Below, piece by piece: positions 63,723-64,000 of a DNA stretch of 64,000 nt. This DNA comes from a virus. The translations under genes and the position numbers were made by a program. The DNA is taken from positions 30,197-94,196 of the IMG/VR virus record IMGVR_UViG_3300015374_000001, one strand, 5' to 3'. The notes beneath the pieces are model-generated. The model was not told the DNA's origin and searched no databases. It saw only the letters and a program-made list of their open reading frames with translations. How positions within the stretch are numbered: position 1 is the first letter of the stretch; each line of letters opens with the position of its first letter.

Positions 63723-64000
63723 GCCTTGATGCGTCTAGCTTCGCCTGATTTCTTTCCTGCGAATCTACCTACACAAGAGCGCGAGCAGAATATCCCATGC
63801 CTATTATGTCTGAGTAGCCACTTAAGCCGAGACTCAAGCATTTTGATACCTTCGCCGCATTCTGTGCAGGGCGCGACCACGCGCTCAAGGAACGGGTTAT
63901 GCACGCGAGAATGGTCAGGCTTCTCAATTAATTTAAGGTTCTCGATTCTATCATCATGTTTGATCCCGTTCTTATGATGTACGTCCATGGTTTCAGGAAC
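63713..64000 (-). CDS. HNH homing endonuclease, 5'-truncated by the window edge
   Basis: 'VHHKNG.K.D.RIENL......H...H' then CxxC...CxxxC. Confidence 0.85.
   Translation of the reverse strand, partial: VPETMDVHHKNGIKHDDRIENLKLIEKPDHSRVHNPFLERVVAPCTECGEGIKMLESRLKWLLRHNRHGIFCSRSCVGRFAGKKSGEARRIKAGL

Noticed and set aside
1-64000. Stop-codon reassignment
   Set aside because: Core genes are full length under code 11, all three stops are used, and no suppressor tRNA is seen
1-64000. Prophage status or Z-base (PurZ) system
   Set aside because: No integrase, att site, host flank or purZ in the window; cannot be decided here

Overview
A 64-kb segment of a large tailed dsDNA phage genome (Caudoviricetes, siphovirus-like tail genes). 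It is densely coding, about 50% GC by eye, and has no integrase, CRISPR array or major capsid gene in view. Gene order on the + strand: end of a tail operon and five membrane-protein genes (1-4.5 kb); a region with several promoter-driven structured RNAs, an SF2 helicase and RNase HI (4.5-8.3 kb); a replication/recombination block (DnaB, SLOG, NADAR, DnaG, gp32-like SSB, AT-hook protein, DnaE, RecA, Cas4-like nuclease, hyper-acidic protein, RuvC; 8.3-26 kb); terminase and a portal-MuF fusion, fibre/Ig-like proteins and lysis genes (26-38 kb); and a large accessory virion block (duplicated fibre modules, beta-helix protein, a 1694-aa four-barrel clan GH-A glycosidase, a second GH-A enzyme, L,D-transpeptidase; 40-57 kb), followed by a LAGLIDADG endonuclease. 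The - strand arm (58-64 kb) has a sortase-anchored protein, small regulators, three tRNAs and an HNH endonuclease. Several proteins resemble families I associate with Thermoleophilia/Solirubrobacterales, which suggests a high-GC actinobacterial host (inference). Most notable signals: (1) a recurrent NP[F/W] short linear motif in Lys/Arg-rich tails of many unrelated replication/early proteins, together with an acidic scaffold-like protein and an AT-hook protein, a candidate tail-tag/condensate system; (2) a cluster of candidate promoter-driven ncRNAs at 4.5-8.3 kb; (3) a multi-barrel glycosidase with a catalytically dead internal duplicate; (4) a tRNA lying inside a release-factor-fragment ORF. 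All family calls come from motif recognition only; no searches were run.
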